64,000 nt of DNA, taken from positions 96,001-160,000 of the forward strand of contig OZ219918.1 in the NCBI GenBank assembly GCA_964291415.2. Reading direction: 5' to 3'. The translations under genes were made by a program, and so were the position numbers. This DNA is from Alphaproteobacteria bacterium. Its GTDB lineage: Bacteria > Pseudomonadota > Alphaproteobacteria > SP197. The notes beneath the pieces are model-generated. The model worked only from the letters and a program-made list of their open reading frames with translations, did not search any database and was not told the origin of the DNA. Shown piece by piece: positions 21,402 to 31,383 of the stretch. How positions within the stretch are numbered: the first letter of the stretch is position 1; the number at the start of each line of letters is the position of its first letter.

Positions 21402-23224
21402 CGGGAACGGGAACGGGTGGCCGGCGTTTCCTCGTCGAAGAGGGACGCGAGTTCGCCGAGCACGGTGCCGCCGAGCTGTTCGACATCGGTAAGCGTGACG
21501 GCGCGGCGATAGTAGCGCGTCACGTCGTGCCCGATGCCGATGGCGATCAGCTCCACCGGCGAGAGCCCCTCGATCTTGTCGATGACCTCGCGCAGGTGAC
21601 GTTCGAGATAGTTGCCTGAATTGACCGAAAGCGTGGAATCATCCACCGGGGCGCCGTCGGAAATCACCATGAGGATGCGCCGCTGTTCGGGTCGCCCCAT
21701 CAGCCGTTCGTGGGCCCACAGCAGCGCCTCGCCATCGATGTTCTCCTTGAGCAGACCCTCGCGCAGCATCAGGCCCAGACTCCGACGGGCCCGCCGCCAG
21801 GGCATGTCCGCGGACTTGTAGATGATGTGGCGAAGGTCATTGAGACGGCCGGGCGTGGCGGGCTTGCCGGATGCCAGCCACTTCTCGCGACTGCGTCCGC
21901 CCTTCCAGGTGCGGGTGGTGAATCCGAGGATCTCGACCTTGACGCCGCAGCGTTCCAGGGTCTGCGCCAGGATGTCGGCGCTCATCGCGGCGATGCCGAT
22001 CGGCCGGCCGCGCATGGAACCGGAATTGTCGATGAGGAGCGACACCACCGTGTCGCGGAACTCGGTCTCGTGTTCGATCTTGAAGGAGAGCGGCATCAGG
22101 GGATCGACAACCACCCGGGACAGTCTCGCCGAATCCAGAAGCCCCTCCTCGAGATCGAACTCCCAGGCCCTGTTCTGCTGCGACATGAGCTTGCGCTGCA
22201 GGCGGTTGGCGAGCCGTGACGTGACGCCGCGCAGATGGGCGATCTGCTGGTCGAGCTGGGACCTCAACCGTGCCAGCTCCTCCGGATCACACAGATCCGT
22301 GGCGTCGATGATCTCGTCGAACTCCTGGGTGAAGGCGCGGTAGAGAAACCGGTTGCTGGCCAGGTTCAAGGGATCGTCGGCACGTTCCATCTCGCCGGCG
22401 GGATCGGTGTCGTCGGTGCTGGCCGACACCATCTCCTCATCCTCCGACTCCCGGGAATCGGCCTCCATGGAGTCCTCGGACATCTCTTCTTCGGCGCTGG
22501 CCTCGGCGCTGGATTCGCTCTCCCCCTCGGCCTCCGCCTGTTCGGGATCGGCCTCGTCGCTGTCGTCCTGGTCCTCGGGCGCGGCGTCCGCCTCTTCATC
22601 GGGCAGATCGAGATGGCGGATGAGCGTGCGCAGCGCTTCGGCAAAGGCCGCCTGGTCACCGACGACCTCGTGAAGCGAGTCCAGTTCATGGCCGATCTTG
22701 TCGTTGAGCCAGCCGCGCATGAGCCGGGTGGCCCGCGTTGCCGAGGGCGGTGGCGCCACGCCGGTCAGTCTCTCGCGCACGAGAAGGCCGATCACGTCGG
22801 CCAGCGGCGCATCCTCGCGCTGCTCGATGCGGTGCAGCCCTCTGGTCCGGCAACGCTCCTCGAGCACTGTCTGGATGTTGTCGGCCACACCCTTCATGCG
22901 CATCGCTCCGATGGACTCGCAGCGCGCCTCCTCGACCTCATCGAAAATGGAGCGGCCCAGTTCGCTTGCCGGCCTGCGGCGGGCATGGGTCCGGGTGTCG
23001 TGATGGCGCAGCTTGAGCGCCAGGGCATCGGCTTCGCCGCGCGCCATGGCGACGGCGTGACGGTCGAGCTCCCGCGGCACCTGCGTCAGCCGCGCCGTCT
23101 TGCCGCTGGCGCCAGACTCCCTGACGCCGAAACTCACCTCGAGTTCCGGTTCACGGGCCATGGCGCGCATGGTGCCCGCAACGACCCTTCGGAAGGGTTC
23201 TGCCGGGTTGCTGTCCTGTGCCAG
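21332..23224 (-). CDS. cobT: Cobaltochelatase subunit CobT (probable CTG start at 23224; first ATG at 23170)
   Basis: Acidic linker, v[36 protein letters not shown]. Confidence 0.93.
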   Translation of the reverse strand: MAQDSNPAEPFRRVVAGTMRAMAREPELEVSFGVRESGASGKTARLTQVPRELDRHAVAMARGEADALALKLRHHDTRTHARRRPASELGRSIFDEVEEARCESIGAMRMKGVADNIQTVLEERCRTRGLHRIEQREDAPLADVIGLLVRERLTGVAPPPSATRATRLMRGWLNDKIGHELDSLHEVVGDQAAFAEALRTLIRHLDLPDEEADAAPEDQDDSDEADPEQAEAEGESESSAEASAEEEMSEDSMEADSRESEDEEMVSASTDDTDPAGEMERADDPLNLASNRFLYRAFTQEFDEIIDATDLCDPEELARLRSQLDQQIAHLRGVTSRLANRLQRKLMSQQNRAWEFDLEEGLLDSARLSRVVVDPLMPLSFKIEHETEFRDTVVSLLIDNSGSMRGRPIGIAAMSADILAQTLERCGVKVEILGFTTRTWKGGRSREKWLASGKPATPGRLNDLRHIIYKSADMPWRRARRSLGLMLREGLLKENIDGEALLWAHERLMGRPEQRRILMVISDGAPVDDSTLSVNSGNYLERHLREVIDKIEGLSPVELIAIGIGHDVTRYYRRAVTLTDVEQLGGTVLGELASLFDEETPATRSRSRQSGTARSRPAAGGATYRPMSTR

Positions 23225-23251
23225 GGGACGTCCTCCGGAGCCTCTGCCGGT

Positions 23252-24250
23252 CTACTGCGCTGCGGTTCCGGCGACGACGGCCTCGCTGATCTCGGATCCG
23301 AAGCAGCGCTGATAGAATTCCGCGACCTGCGAACGCTCGGTTTCGTCGCACTTGTTGAGGAAGGTCAGCCGAAAGGCGAAGCCGATGTCGTCGAAGATGT
23401 CCGCGTTCTCCGCCCAGGTGATCACCGTCCTGGGCGACATGACGGTCGAGATGTCGCCGGCGACGAAGGCGCCGCGCGTCAGTTCGGCGACGGCCACCAT
23501 CTGGCCGATGGTCTCCCGGCCCCGCGTCGTGGCGTAGTGCGGCACCTTGGAGAGCACGATCTTCTCTTCTTCCTCGTGCTCGAGGTAGTTCAGCGTCGAG
23601 ACGATGGACCACCGGTCCATCTGTCCCTGGTTGATCTGCTGGGTACCGTGATAGAGCCCCGTGGTGTCGCCGAGACCGACGGTATTGGCCGTCGAAAACA
23701 GGCGGAAGGAGGGATGGGGGACGATCACCCTGTTCTGGTCGAGCAGCGTCATCTTGCCCTGGACCTCGAGCACGCGCTGGATCACGAACATCACGTCGGG
23801 ACGGCCGGCGTCATACTCGTCAAAGACCAGGGCGACCGGATTCTGGATCGCCCAGGGCAGGATGCCCTCGCGGAACTCGGTGACCTGCATGCCGTCGCGC
23901 AGGATGATGGCGTCCTTGCCGATGAGATCGATCCGGGAGATGTGGCTGTCCAGGTTGACCCGGATGCACGGCCAGTTGAGACGCGCCGCCACCTGTTCGA
24001 TATGGGTGGACTTTCCGGTGCCGTGGTAGCCCTGGATCATCACCCTGCGGTTGTGGGCGAAGCCGGCGAGAATGGCCAGTGTGGTCTGCGGATCGAAGAC
24101 ATAGGAATCATCGACATCCGGAACGTGTTCGCCACGCTCCGAATAGCCCGGCACCTCCATGGTGGTGTCGAGGCCGAAAGCCGAAGCGATCTTGACGGTC
24201 ATGTCGGGGGCGCCCTGCGGAAGCAGGCTTGTTTCGCTGGGATTCTTCAC
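23252..24250 (-). CDS. cobS: Cobaltochelatase subunit CobS (AAA+); start approximate
   Basis: [40 protein letters not shown]. Confidence 0.95.
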   Translation of the reverse strand: MKNPSETSLLPQGAPDMTVKIASAFGLDTTMEVPGYSERGEHVPDVDDSYVFDPQTTLAILAGFAHNRRVMIQGYHGTGKSTHIEQVAARLNWPCIRVNLDSHISRIDLIGKDAIILRDGMQVTEFREGILPWAIQNPVALVFDEYDAGRPDVMFVIQRVLEVQGKMTLLDQNRVIVPHPSFRLFSTANTVGLGDTTGLYHGTQQINQGQMDRWSIVSTLNYLEHEEEEKIVLSKVPHYATTRGRETIGQMVAVAELTRGAFVAGDISTVMSPRTVITWAENADIFDDIGFAFRLTFLNKCDETERSQVAEFYQRCFGSEISEAVVAGTAAQ

Positions 24251-24409
24251 GGTCTCACACGTCTTGATTGTCTGCCGGTCCGGATACTCCATCCAAGGAC
24301 GGGTGACCACCTCGTCGCCACCGGGATCCGGATGGGCCAACAATGGCATGGCCGCGGGATGGGGCGCAAGGGACCATGGCCGGCAGGACACCCGCCGGCG
24401 GGACAGCCT

Positions 24410-24958
24410 TCAGTCGGGCGCTTGGCCGGTGAGGTGCTGGTAGGCCCAGATGACGTCGCGCAGCCGGCCATTCGCCTTGCCGCTGCCGCCGTTGACGTCC
24501 GGATGGCATGCCTTCACCGCCTTCTTGAATCGTCTGCGGATGGCGGCTGCGTCAGCGTCGGGTCCGACATCGAGAATGGAACGCGCTTTGCGTTCACTCT
24601 CCGACATGGTTGCCTGGCGCGCCGATGCCGGATCGCACCTCCCGTCCCCGGCGATGCCGAAGACGTCCCGCACGCCGTCACCGGTCCACACCCTGTGGAG
24701 GTGATGCGGCGTCGAGGTCGGCCACGTCGGCCGGTGCCAGGAGAGGTCCGCGTGCTGCCATGCTTCTATGGCCTCCTTGGACCAGCCTTCGAAGAAGTTC
24801 CAGGAGCGGTTGAACTCGCGAACGTGTTCCAGGCACAGGTACTGGAAACTGTCGGTCCTGTCGGGCCCCAGGGGGGCGCGGTACTCGCCCGGTCGTTCAC
24901 AGCCCAGGCGGGAGCAGGGCTTCGAGGTGGTGTCCGGCCTGGCCGATCGTCGCGACAT
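24410..24958 (-). CDS. DnaJ-domain protein (alphaproteobacterial cobS-linked type)
   Basis: C...GC...GEYRAP, CLEHVREFN..WNFF, C-terminal J domain with HPD. Confidence 0.88.
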   Translation of the reverse strand: MSRRSARPDTTSKPCSRLGCERPGEYRAPLGPDRTDSFQYLCLEHVREFNRSWNFFEGWSKEAIEAWQHADLSWHRPTWPTSTPHHLHRVWTGDGVRDVFGIAGDGRCDPASARQATMSESERKARSILDVGPDADAAAIRRRFKKAVKACHPDVNGGSGKANGRLRDVIWAYQHLTGQAPD

Positions 24959-25092
24959 GGCTCCAGTATAGAATGATGCGCGAAGGGGAGGCCACCGGGT
25001 TCGGCCTTGCCGCCAATGGATGGCAGGTCATGGAGGTTGCGTTGGCCTGACGGATGGTCAAGTGTCCCGGAGAGCGAAGGAGAGATGACACC

Positions 25093-25365
25093 ATGCGGGT
25101 TCGCGCGACCATCGTTGACAAGTTGACGCGAGCGCTCGAGCCGGACGAACTCGAGGTCATCGACGAATCGCACCTTCATGCCGGCCATGCCGGCGCACGC
25201 GAGGAAGGCGAAAGCCATTTCCGGGTGCGCATCGTCTCGCCGGCCTTTGCCGGCCTTGGCCGCGTCGCCCGGCAGCGGCTGGTCTACCGCGCGCTTGCCG
25301 AGGACATGGCGAGCGACATTCACGCGCTGGCAATCGACGCGCGCGCTCCCGGTGAAACCCGCTGA
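25093..25365 (+). CDS. bolA: BolA family protein
   Basis: DESHLHAGH, ESHFRV.IVS..F.G...V.RQRLVY.AL, IHAL. Confidence 0.92.
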   Translation: MRVRATIVDKLTRALEPDELEVIDESHLHAGHAGAREEGESHFRVRIVSPAFAGLGRVARQRLVYRALAEDMASDIHALAIDARAPGETR

Positions 25366-26090
25366 GCCAGGCAGCCGGGCACACGTGAAGGAAGCCCCAG
25401 GCGAGCGAGCGCCGCGTGCACCATGGCCTGATTGCTTGTCACGACCGCCCGGCCGGTGCGGCGCTCGAGTTCGTCGATGATCTCGACGGCGCGCAAGTCG
25501 GTGCAGGAAAGGACGATGGCATCGGCATCCGCGTGGCTGGCCCGCAGACCCAGTTCGAGAACCTCCGCCGGCGAGAGGTCGCTTTGACCATAGCTTCCGA
25601 GGTCCCGGCCGACATCGGCGGTGTTGACCACCTCGAAGCCGGCGTCACTGAGGAATGCCGCCCCTTCGAGATTGAGTGCCCTCGTGTATGGGGAAGCAAA
25701 GGCGATGCGCCGGGCTTCGAGTTCCTCGAGGGCGCTGACAAGCGCGCCGGCGGCCGTCACGGCGGGAACGCCGGCTTCGGCCTCGATGGCGAGGCGGAAG
25801 TCGCGATCCAAGGCAGGCCCGGAGGAAAGCGTGGCCGAGGTGCAGCCGTAGAGAAGGATGTCGGGGCGGGCGGCCATGATGAGCCCGAGAACGTCACTCA
25901 GCCCGGCGCGGGCGAAGCGGCGCATTTCGTCTGAATCGGGAATGCGGTCGAGGTCGTAGCCTCCGGCGCGCGCCACGTGGAAGGACACACCGGGCGGACG
26001 CAGCAGAGCGAGGTCAGCCTCGAGATTGGTGTTGGAATAGGGCGTGATGACGCCGATGCGCGCCAGGCCACGCGAATCGCAGGCCGTCAT
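25320..26090 (-). CDS. Asp/Glu racemase / maleate cis-trans isomerase family protein
   Basis: P.SNTNLE, YGCTS, SPY, LSCTD, TSNQ. Confidence 0.85.
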   Translation of the reverse strand: MTACDSRGLARIGVITPYSNTNLEADLALLRPPGVSFHVARAGGYDLDRIPDSDEMRRFARAGLSDVLGLIMAARPDILLYGCTSATLSSGPALDRDFRLAIEAEAGVPAVTAAGALVSALEELEARRIAFASPYTRALNLEGAAFLSDAGFEVVNTADVGRDLGSYGQSDLSPAEVLELGLRASHADADAIVLSCTDLRAVEIIDELERRTGRAVVTSNQAMVHAALARLGLPSRVPGCLAQRVSPGARASIASA

Positions 26091-26638
26091 GAACCCTTGC
26101 CCGTGTACCAGTCGGGAAACTCCCTTGCGACCACCGGTCCGTCGGCAGCCCAGGCGTGGCAGCCGTCGATCACCCAGGGCTTTTTCGTCTTGTCGACGGG
26201 CTTTCCCGAACGGCGGCGGCCATACATCGCCTGCATGGCGACGGTTCCGAGCCGGCCCAGCATTTCGGCGATGTGCGTGCAGCCCCGGGTGCCGCCGAAC
26301 AGTTCGCGCACCCGGCGATTCCAGCCCGGTCCGATCTTGACGCCCACGAGCCCGCCGTAGTCGGGCTCGACGGCAGGGCAGATGGCGAAGGGTGTCTTTT
26401 CCATCCGGACGGCAACATCCCGGATCTGGAGCCCGCCATCCACGGTGAGGCACAGCCACATGCCGTGGATCGGGTCGCCGGGCTCGATCGTGCCGCGGTC
26501 CCTGTTGGGTATCGGGTAGGTCTTGGTGTCGCTCAGGCTGGCCTCGAGGTCCCACAACCCGTCGTCGCGTTCGAAAGCCTCACAGAGAATCTGGCGTCTG
26601 TGAATGAGCTTCCGGGTCTCAGGTTCCGGTGCTGGCAT
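26087..26638 (-). CDS. DUF2889-type protein
   Basis: HRRQI.C.AFER.DGLWD.EA.L.DTK, GCTH..E.L, IDGCHA. Confidence 0.85.
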   Translation of the reverse strand: MPAPEPETRKLIHRRQILCEAFERDDGLWDLEASLSDTKTYPIPNRDRGTIEPGDPIHGMWLCLTVDGGLQIRDVAVRMEKTPFAICPAVEPDYGGLVGVKIGPGWNRRVRELFGGTRGCTHIAEMLGRLGTVAMQAMYGRRRSGKPVDKTKKPWVIDGCHAWAADGPVVAREFPDWYTGKGS

Positions 26639-26701
26639 GCCTTGGTCACCGTCCATTGTGCGTTGCAACACTGACGGCGCCCGACACGTATTGCAAGGGC
26701 C

Positions 26702-27604
26702 TCAGGGGGCCACTCCCGACATCCACCAGGCCAGCGGGATGATGACCGGCAACAGGCAGAGGACCGCAAGCGTCGATACGACGACATAGCTTGCCACCTC
26801 GTCCGGCGAACGGTCGTAGCGCATTGCCGCAAGGTAGTTGAAGACGGCTCCGGGCATCACGCAGCAGATCACCATCACGCCGCGCGCCGTTCCCTCAAGG
26901 CCGAGGATGGCGATCAGGGCCCACGCCACGCCCAGCCCCGCGACAACGCGCAGGAGCGCCAGCACCAGTGGGCGGGCGATTGTGGATACCCTGAACCGGG
27001 CCAGCGACGTGCCGAGCATGATCAGCAGCATCGGAATGGTCAGTCCGCCGATGAGATCGGTGGTGTTGGTAAGCCATGTCGGCGGTGCGGTTCCGGAAAG
27101 GGTGAAGGCCAGCGCCACGGCGATGGCATAGACGTGGGGCGTCTTTGCGAACATGCCGGGCGAGGCACGGCCCGACATCAGCCAGAAGTGGACGGTGAAG
27201 AAGAGCACCGATTGCGTGGCAAACATGATGAGAGCGAGTTCGAGGCCGGCATCGCCGAAGGCAAAGAGATTGAGCGGCAGACCGAGATTGCCGAGATTGC
27301 CGAACACCACCGGTGGCAGGAAGACACCTGCGGGCAGGGCCGTGAGCCTGATCAGCAGGCGTCCGGAAACCAGGAAGGCGCCGATCATGAGCAGGGTCGC
27401 GAAGACCATGATCCCGAGTTCCAGGGCCGGCACCACGAGTGTCGAGAGCGTCGAGAACACGAGGCAGGGCGTGCCGACGTTGAGGATGAGCGGCGTCAGC
27501 CGCTCGGGGTCGACGGGCTTTCCCCAGCGAGCCCAGGCGACGCCGACAAGGATCGTCGCCAGGACCGGAACGAGGACCGGTACCAGCGCATCGACAAGGG
27601 CCAA
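26702..27604 (-). CDS. AEC (auxin efflux carrier) family transporter
   Basis: About 10 TM helices; GTPCLVF, N.GNLGLPL, MPGAVFNY. Confidence 0.85.
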   Translation of the reverse strand: MALVDALVPVLVPVLATILVGVAWARWGKPVDPERLTPLILNVGTPCLVFSTLSTLVVPALELGIMVFATLLMIGAFLVSGRLLIRLTALPAGVFLPPVVFGNLGNLGLPLNLFAFGDAGLELALIMFATQSVLFFTVHFWLMSGRASPGMFAKTPHVYAIAVALAFTLSGTAPPTWLTNTTDLIGGLTIPMLLIMLGTSLARFRVSTIARPLVLALLRVVAGLGVAWALIAILGLEGTARGVMVICCVMPGAVFNYLAAMRYDRSPDEVASYVVVSTLAVLCLLPVIIPLAWWMSGVAP

Positions 27605-27617
27605 GAATCCGCTCCGT

Positions 27618-28895
27618 TCAGTCGTCGCCGGTGTCGCCGGAGGGGGGTGTCACGCGCAGTTGGACGATCTGGTTGCGTTGGCGCTCAAGCACCTCGAAGC
27701 GAAAGTTGTGGAACTCGAAGACCTGTCCGGCTTCGGGAATCTGCTGGGCCTCCTGAATGACCAGGCCGGCAATGGTGATGGCGCCGTCCTCCGGAAGATT
27801 CCAGTCGAACTCCCGGTTGAGGTCGCGGATGGTGGCAGCGCCGTTCAACATCAGGATTCCGTCCTCGCCGATCTTTGCATCGACCTCCCGGACATCGTGC
27901 TCATCCTCGATGTCGCCGACGATCTCCTCGAGGATGTCCTCGAGCGTGACGACCCCCATGATGCCGCCGTACTGGTCAACGACGACTGCGAAGTGGAGAT
28001 GACGCTCGCGGAACACGGCCAGCTGCTCGCTCAGCGACGTGGTGTCCGGCGCGAACCACGGTTCGGTGGCGACCTCCGTGATGTCGAAGACGCCCCTGTC
28101 GCGGTGGCGGTAGAGTGCCCGAGCAAGATTCTTGGCGTGCAGGATGCCGACGATGTTGTCGGGATCGTCGCGCCACAGGGGGATGCGTGTGTGGGAACTC
28201 GCCAAAGCCGCCTCGATGATGTTCTCAAGGGGCTCGTCGGCGTTGATGGTCTCCATGGAGCGCCGGTGGGTCATGACTTCCCCGATGACGACATCCGAGA
28301 GATCAAGGACGCCGTCGAGCATGGCATGCTGGTCCTTCACCAGCCCGCCTTCGTGCCGGTAGAGATCGAGGATGCTGCGCAGCTCCTCGTCCGAGGGAAT
28401 CGTCTCGTCACGGGAATCCCGGGCTCCGGCGAGACGGAACATGATCTGGACCACCCCCTGGAGGGCCCAGGTGAGCGGCTGGGCCAGCCACACGACGCCC
28501 CTCATGAAGGGGGCGACGGTGAGGGCGACGAACTCGGCATTCCGGATGGCGTAGGTCTTGGGCATGATTTCGGCGAAGATCACCACCAGGACGGTCATGG
28601 CGGCGATGGCATAGGCAACGCCGGCCTCGCCCACCAGTTCCGTGAAGACGTAGGTGGCCATCGAGGCCACGGCGATGTTGAAGAGATTGTTTCCGATCAG
28701 AATGGCGCTGATCAGGTGTTCGCGATCCTCCATCAGATCGGTCGCCTGCGCCGCCCTTCGGTTTCCGGCAAGCCTGAGGCCATGAATTCTGGATCGGTTG
28801 GCCGCGGTCAGCGCCGTTTCGGAACCTGAAAACACGGCCGAAAAGACGAGAAAAACCACGATCAGGACGAAGTAGACTTCCAGGAGATTAGTCAT
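27618..28895 (-). CDS. HlyC/CorC (CNNM-CBS-CorC) family protein
   Basis: FSGSETAL, LIGNN, EIMPK, CBS pair, VDQYGG..G.VTLEDILEEIVG.I.DEHD. Confidence 0.92.
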   Translation of the reverse strand: MTNLLEVYFVLIVVFLVFSAVFSGSETALTAANRSRIHGLRLAGNRRAAQATDLMEDREHLISAILIGNNLFNIAVASMATYVFTELVGEAGVAYAIAAMTVLVVIFAEIMPKTYAIRNAEFVALTVAPFMRGVVWLAQPLTWALQGVVQIMFRLAGARDSRDETIPSDEELRSILDLYRHEGGLVKDQHAMLDGVLDLSDVVIGEVMTHRRSMETINADEPLENIIEAALASSHTRIPLWRDDPDNIVGILHAKNLARALYRHRDRGVFDITEVATEPWFAPDTTSLSEQLAVFRERHLHFAVVVDQYGGIMGVVTLEDILEEIVGDIEDEHDVREVDAKIGEDGILMLNGAATIRDLNREFDWNLPEDGAITIAGLVIQEAQQIPEAGQVFEFHNFRFEVLERQRNQIVQLRVTPPSGDTGDD

Positions 28896-29012
28896 CGTGT
28901 GCCATCCGCAAGATGCGCCTTGAGTGTGTCCGCTTCCGTCCTGCGGTGCACCTCAACCGCAAGACGGCGGGTTGCCCGCCGGTCAATGACCGGCAACGAT
29001 GGATCGTCACCA

Positions 29013-29468
29013 ATGGAAGGGAACATCGTCTTGTCCGTTCTCAGCAACCCCGAAGACTGGTGGATGTCCCCCGCCGACTATGCCAGGCGGCTCAGCGGAC
29101 TGACCGTCAATCTTCTTTCGCGTGATGTCGAGGGTGTCGTGCCGTTCCACACCCGTGTGCTGGGAGCGACGGCGGAGTATGTCTGTGTGGACTTCGCGTC
29201 CTTTGCCTTTGGCGGGGCCACGTGGATGGTGCATGCCGACCACACCTATGACGGTCACGCGCTCCACGCCAGCCTTGGCGCCGGTCACCGGCGGGGAGTC
29301 GGCGCCGAGCTGCGTCTCCACGGCCGCGACCCGGATGCGGCCTGTCAGGCTGCCGGCGAGCTTGGCGCCACCATCCTGGAACCGGCGACCACCAAGTCCC
29401 ACGGCACGCGCGAAGCCTTCATCCTGGATCCCGACGGCTACATCTGGGTGCCGGACGTCCTTGCCTGA
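29013..29468 (+). CDS. VOC/glyoxalase family protein (start may be 29084)
   Basis: VNLL..DV, GAELRL...DPD.A, HGTREAFILDPDGY.W. Confidence 0.8.
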   Translation: MEGNIVLSVLSNPEDWWMSPADYARRLSGLTVNLLSRDVEGVVPFHTRVLGATAEYVCVDFASFAFGGATWMVHADHTYDGHALHASLGAGHRRGVGAELRLHGRDPDAACQAAGELGATILEPATTKSHGTREAFILDPDGYIWVPDVLA

Positions 29469-29503
29469 GTGAACCGTGCCACGGGACGCCAGGTCGGGCA
29501 CGA

Positions 29504-30625
29504 TCATGGTGTCCGGGCCAGCGTCGACGTCAGGAATTCCGCGACCGTGTCGAGGGCGACATCGCGGGTCAGGAAGGCCTCGCCGATGCCGCTGACGAGG
29601 ATGAACGCGACCCTTCCCCCGGCCACCTTCTTGTCCTGAGCCATGTGGCGGACCAGCTCCCCGGCATCGAGTGTTCCGATCCCGAGTTCGGCGGGGTGAA
29701 CGGGCAGTCCGGTGCGGGCAAGGTGACGGCGCACGCGGGCGGCGTCGGCGGCCGGGCACAGTCCGAGGCTGACGGAAAGATCGAAAGCCATGGTCATGCC
29801 GATGGCCACCGCCTCGCCGTGGAGCAGGCGGCCGTCGTAGCCGCAGGCTGTTTCCAGGGCATGGCCAAATGTGTGGCCGAGATTGAGAAGCGCTCTCTCC
29901 GCGCCCTCCCTTTCGTCCCGGGCGACGATCGCCGCCTTGGCGGCACAGCTTTCCACGACGGCATGCTGCAGGTGGAACGCGCTGCCGGACAGAACCGACT
30001 CGCCGTGATCCTCGAGCCATTCGAAGAAGGACCGGTTGCCGAGAAGCCCGTACTTCACCACCTCGGCATAGCCGGCGCGTCGTTCGCGTGGCGGCAGCGT
30101 CGCCAGCACGCCTGTGTCGGCGAGAACGAGGCGAGGCTGGTGGAACGTGCCGACGAGGTTCTTGCCGTGACGCGTGTCGATTCCGGTCTTCCCGCCGACG
30201 GAGCTGTCCACCTGGGCGAGCAGCGTGGTGGGGATCTGGACGAGAGCGACGCCGCGGCGAAGCAGGCTTGCCGACAGCCCGGCCAGGTCGCCGATGACCC
30301 CGCCGCCAAGCGCCGCCACGCCGTCCACTCGCTCGATCCCCGCGCCGAGGAGATCGTCAAGCAGGTCCTCGAGGTGACGGAACGACTTTGTCTTCTCCCC
30401 CGGCGGCACGATCACGCTGTGGCAGCGTATCCCGGCCCGCCCGAGGGACCTTTCGAGAGTGTCGAGGTGAAGACCAGCGACGGTCTCGTCGGTGATGACC
30501 GCAACGCGGCCCGGACCACAGGCGGTGGCGATGCGCTGTCCGGCGTCCTCAAGAAGGCCATGGCCGACGACGATGTCGTACGCCCGCTCGCCGAGCGGAA
30601 CACGGATCACTGCAGGGTCTGTCAT
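29504..30625 (-). CDS. aroB: 3-dehydroquinate synthase
   Basis: GGGVIGDLAG, PTTLLAQVDSSVGGKTG, LNLGHTFGHALE, HGEAV. Confidence 0.97.
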   Translation of the reverse strand: MTDPAVIRVPLGERAYDIVVGHGLLEDAGQRIATACGPGRVAVITDETVAGLHLDTLERSLGRAGIRCHSVIVPPGEKTKSFRHLEDLLDDLLGAGIERVDGVAALGGGVIGDLAGLSASLLRRGVALVQIPTTLLAQVDSSVGGKTGIDTRHGKNLVGTFHQPRLVLADTGVLATLPPRERRAGYAEVVKYGLLGNRSFFEWLEDHGESVLSGSAFHLQHAVVESCAAKAAIVARDEREGAERALLNLGHTFGHALETACGYDGRLLHGEAVAIGMTMAFDLSVSLGLCPAADAARVRRHLARTGLPVHPAELGIGTLDAGELVRHMAQDKKVAGGRVAFILVSGIGEAFLTRDVALDTVAEFLTSTLARTP

Positions 30626-31146
30626 CGTGCCTGGTGCCTCTTCAGGGCCTGGATGATGTTTCCGGCCACCACATCCTCGTCATCGATACCACTGTCGACG
30701 ACCATTGACGCCAGAGCATAGACCGGAGATCTCTCTTCGATCAGCTTCCCGAGGATGGCCAGGGGATTTCCCCGGGAGAGCAGGGGGCGCGTGTGGCCGG
30801 CGCCGACACGCCGCAGGAGGATGTCGGGGTCGGCACGCAGCCACACGGTGTCGGCTTCCTCGAGAATGTGGCGACGCGTCGCCTCGTTCATGAGAGCTCC
30901 GCCACCGGTGGCGATGACCGCCGGACCGGATTGCAGCAGGAGCCTGATGACGCGGTGCTCGGCGCAGCGAAACTGCTCCTCGCCGGACCGCTCGAAAATG
31001 TCCGCCACCGAGGTTCCAGCCGCCTTCTCGATCTCCTCGTCCGAATCCCTGAAGGGCAGACCGAGCCTTTCTGCCAGGCGCCTGCCAACGCTCGTTTTTC
31101 CTGCGCCCATCATCCCGACAAGGACGATCGGGCGGTCTGCCTTCAC
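30622..31146 (-). CDS. aroK: Shikimate kinase
   Basis: GMMGAGKTSVG, DSD.EIE, ATGGG, RPLL. Confidence 0.95.
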   Translation of the reverse strand: MKADRPIVLVGMMGAGKTSVGRRLAERLGLPFRDSDEEIEKAAGTSVADIFERSGEEQFRCAEHRVIRLLLQSGPAVIATGGGALMNEATRRHILEEADTVWLRADPDILLRRVGAGHTRPLLSRGNPLAILGKLIEERSPVYALASMVVDSGIDDEDVVAGNIIQALKRHQAR

Positions 31147-31242
31147 GATGCCATCTCCGGCGGCAACAATTGCCGCACCCCTGCCATAGACGTATAGATT
31201 GTACTGACCAATGTGTTCAACGTTCCACGACTGCGCTCAGCC

Positions 31243-31383
31243 ATGCGATTGATCAAGCGCTTCCTTATCCTGGTGGTCCTCCTCGCTGTCGCGGCCGGAG
31301 CCGGCTACCTGGCCGTCTGGGACATCCAGTCCCCGATGCGCACGATTGTCGAGGATGTTCCCGATGACAGGTTCGACGACTAG
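31243..31383 (+). CDS. 46-aa membrane-anchored small protein MRLIKRFLILVVLLAVAAGAGYLAVWDIQSPMRTIVEDVPDDRFDD (not in the ORF track)
   Basis: Translated by hand; one TM helix plus a WDI..P.......P.DRF tail; overlaps the start of the next gene. Confidence 0.65.
   Translation: MRLIKRFLILVVLLAVAAGAGYLAVWDIQSPMRTIVEDVPDDRFDD

Noticed and set aside
15904-24976. Very long antisense ORFs (15904-18780, 22235-24976; also 3055-5004 and 59961-61979)
   Set aside because: Shadow frames of well-supported genes in high-GC DNA, with no motifs
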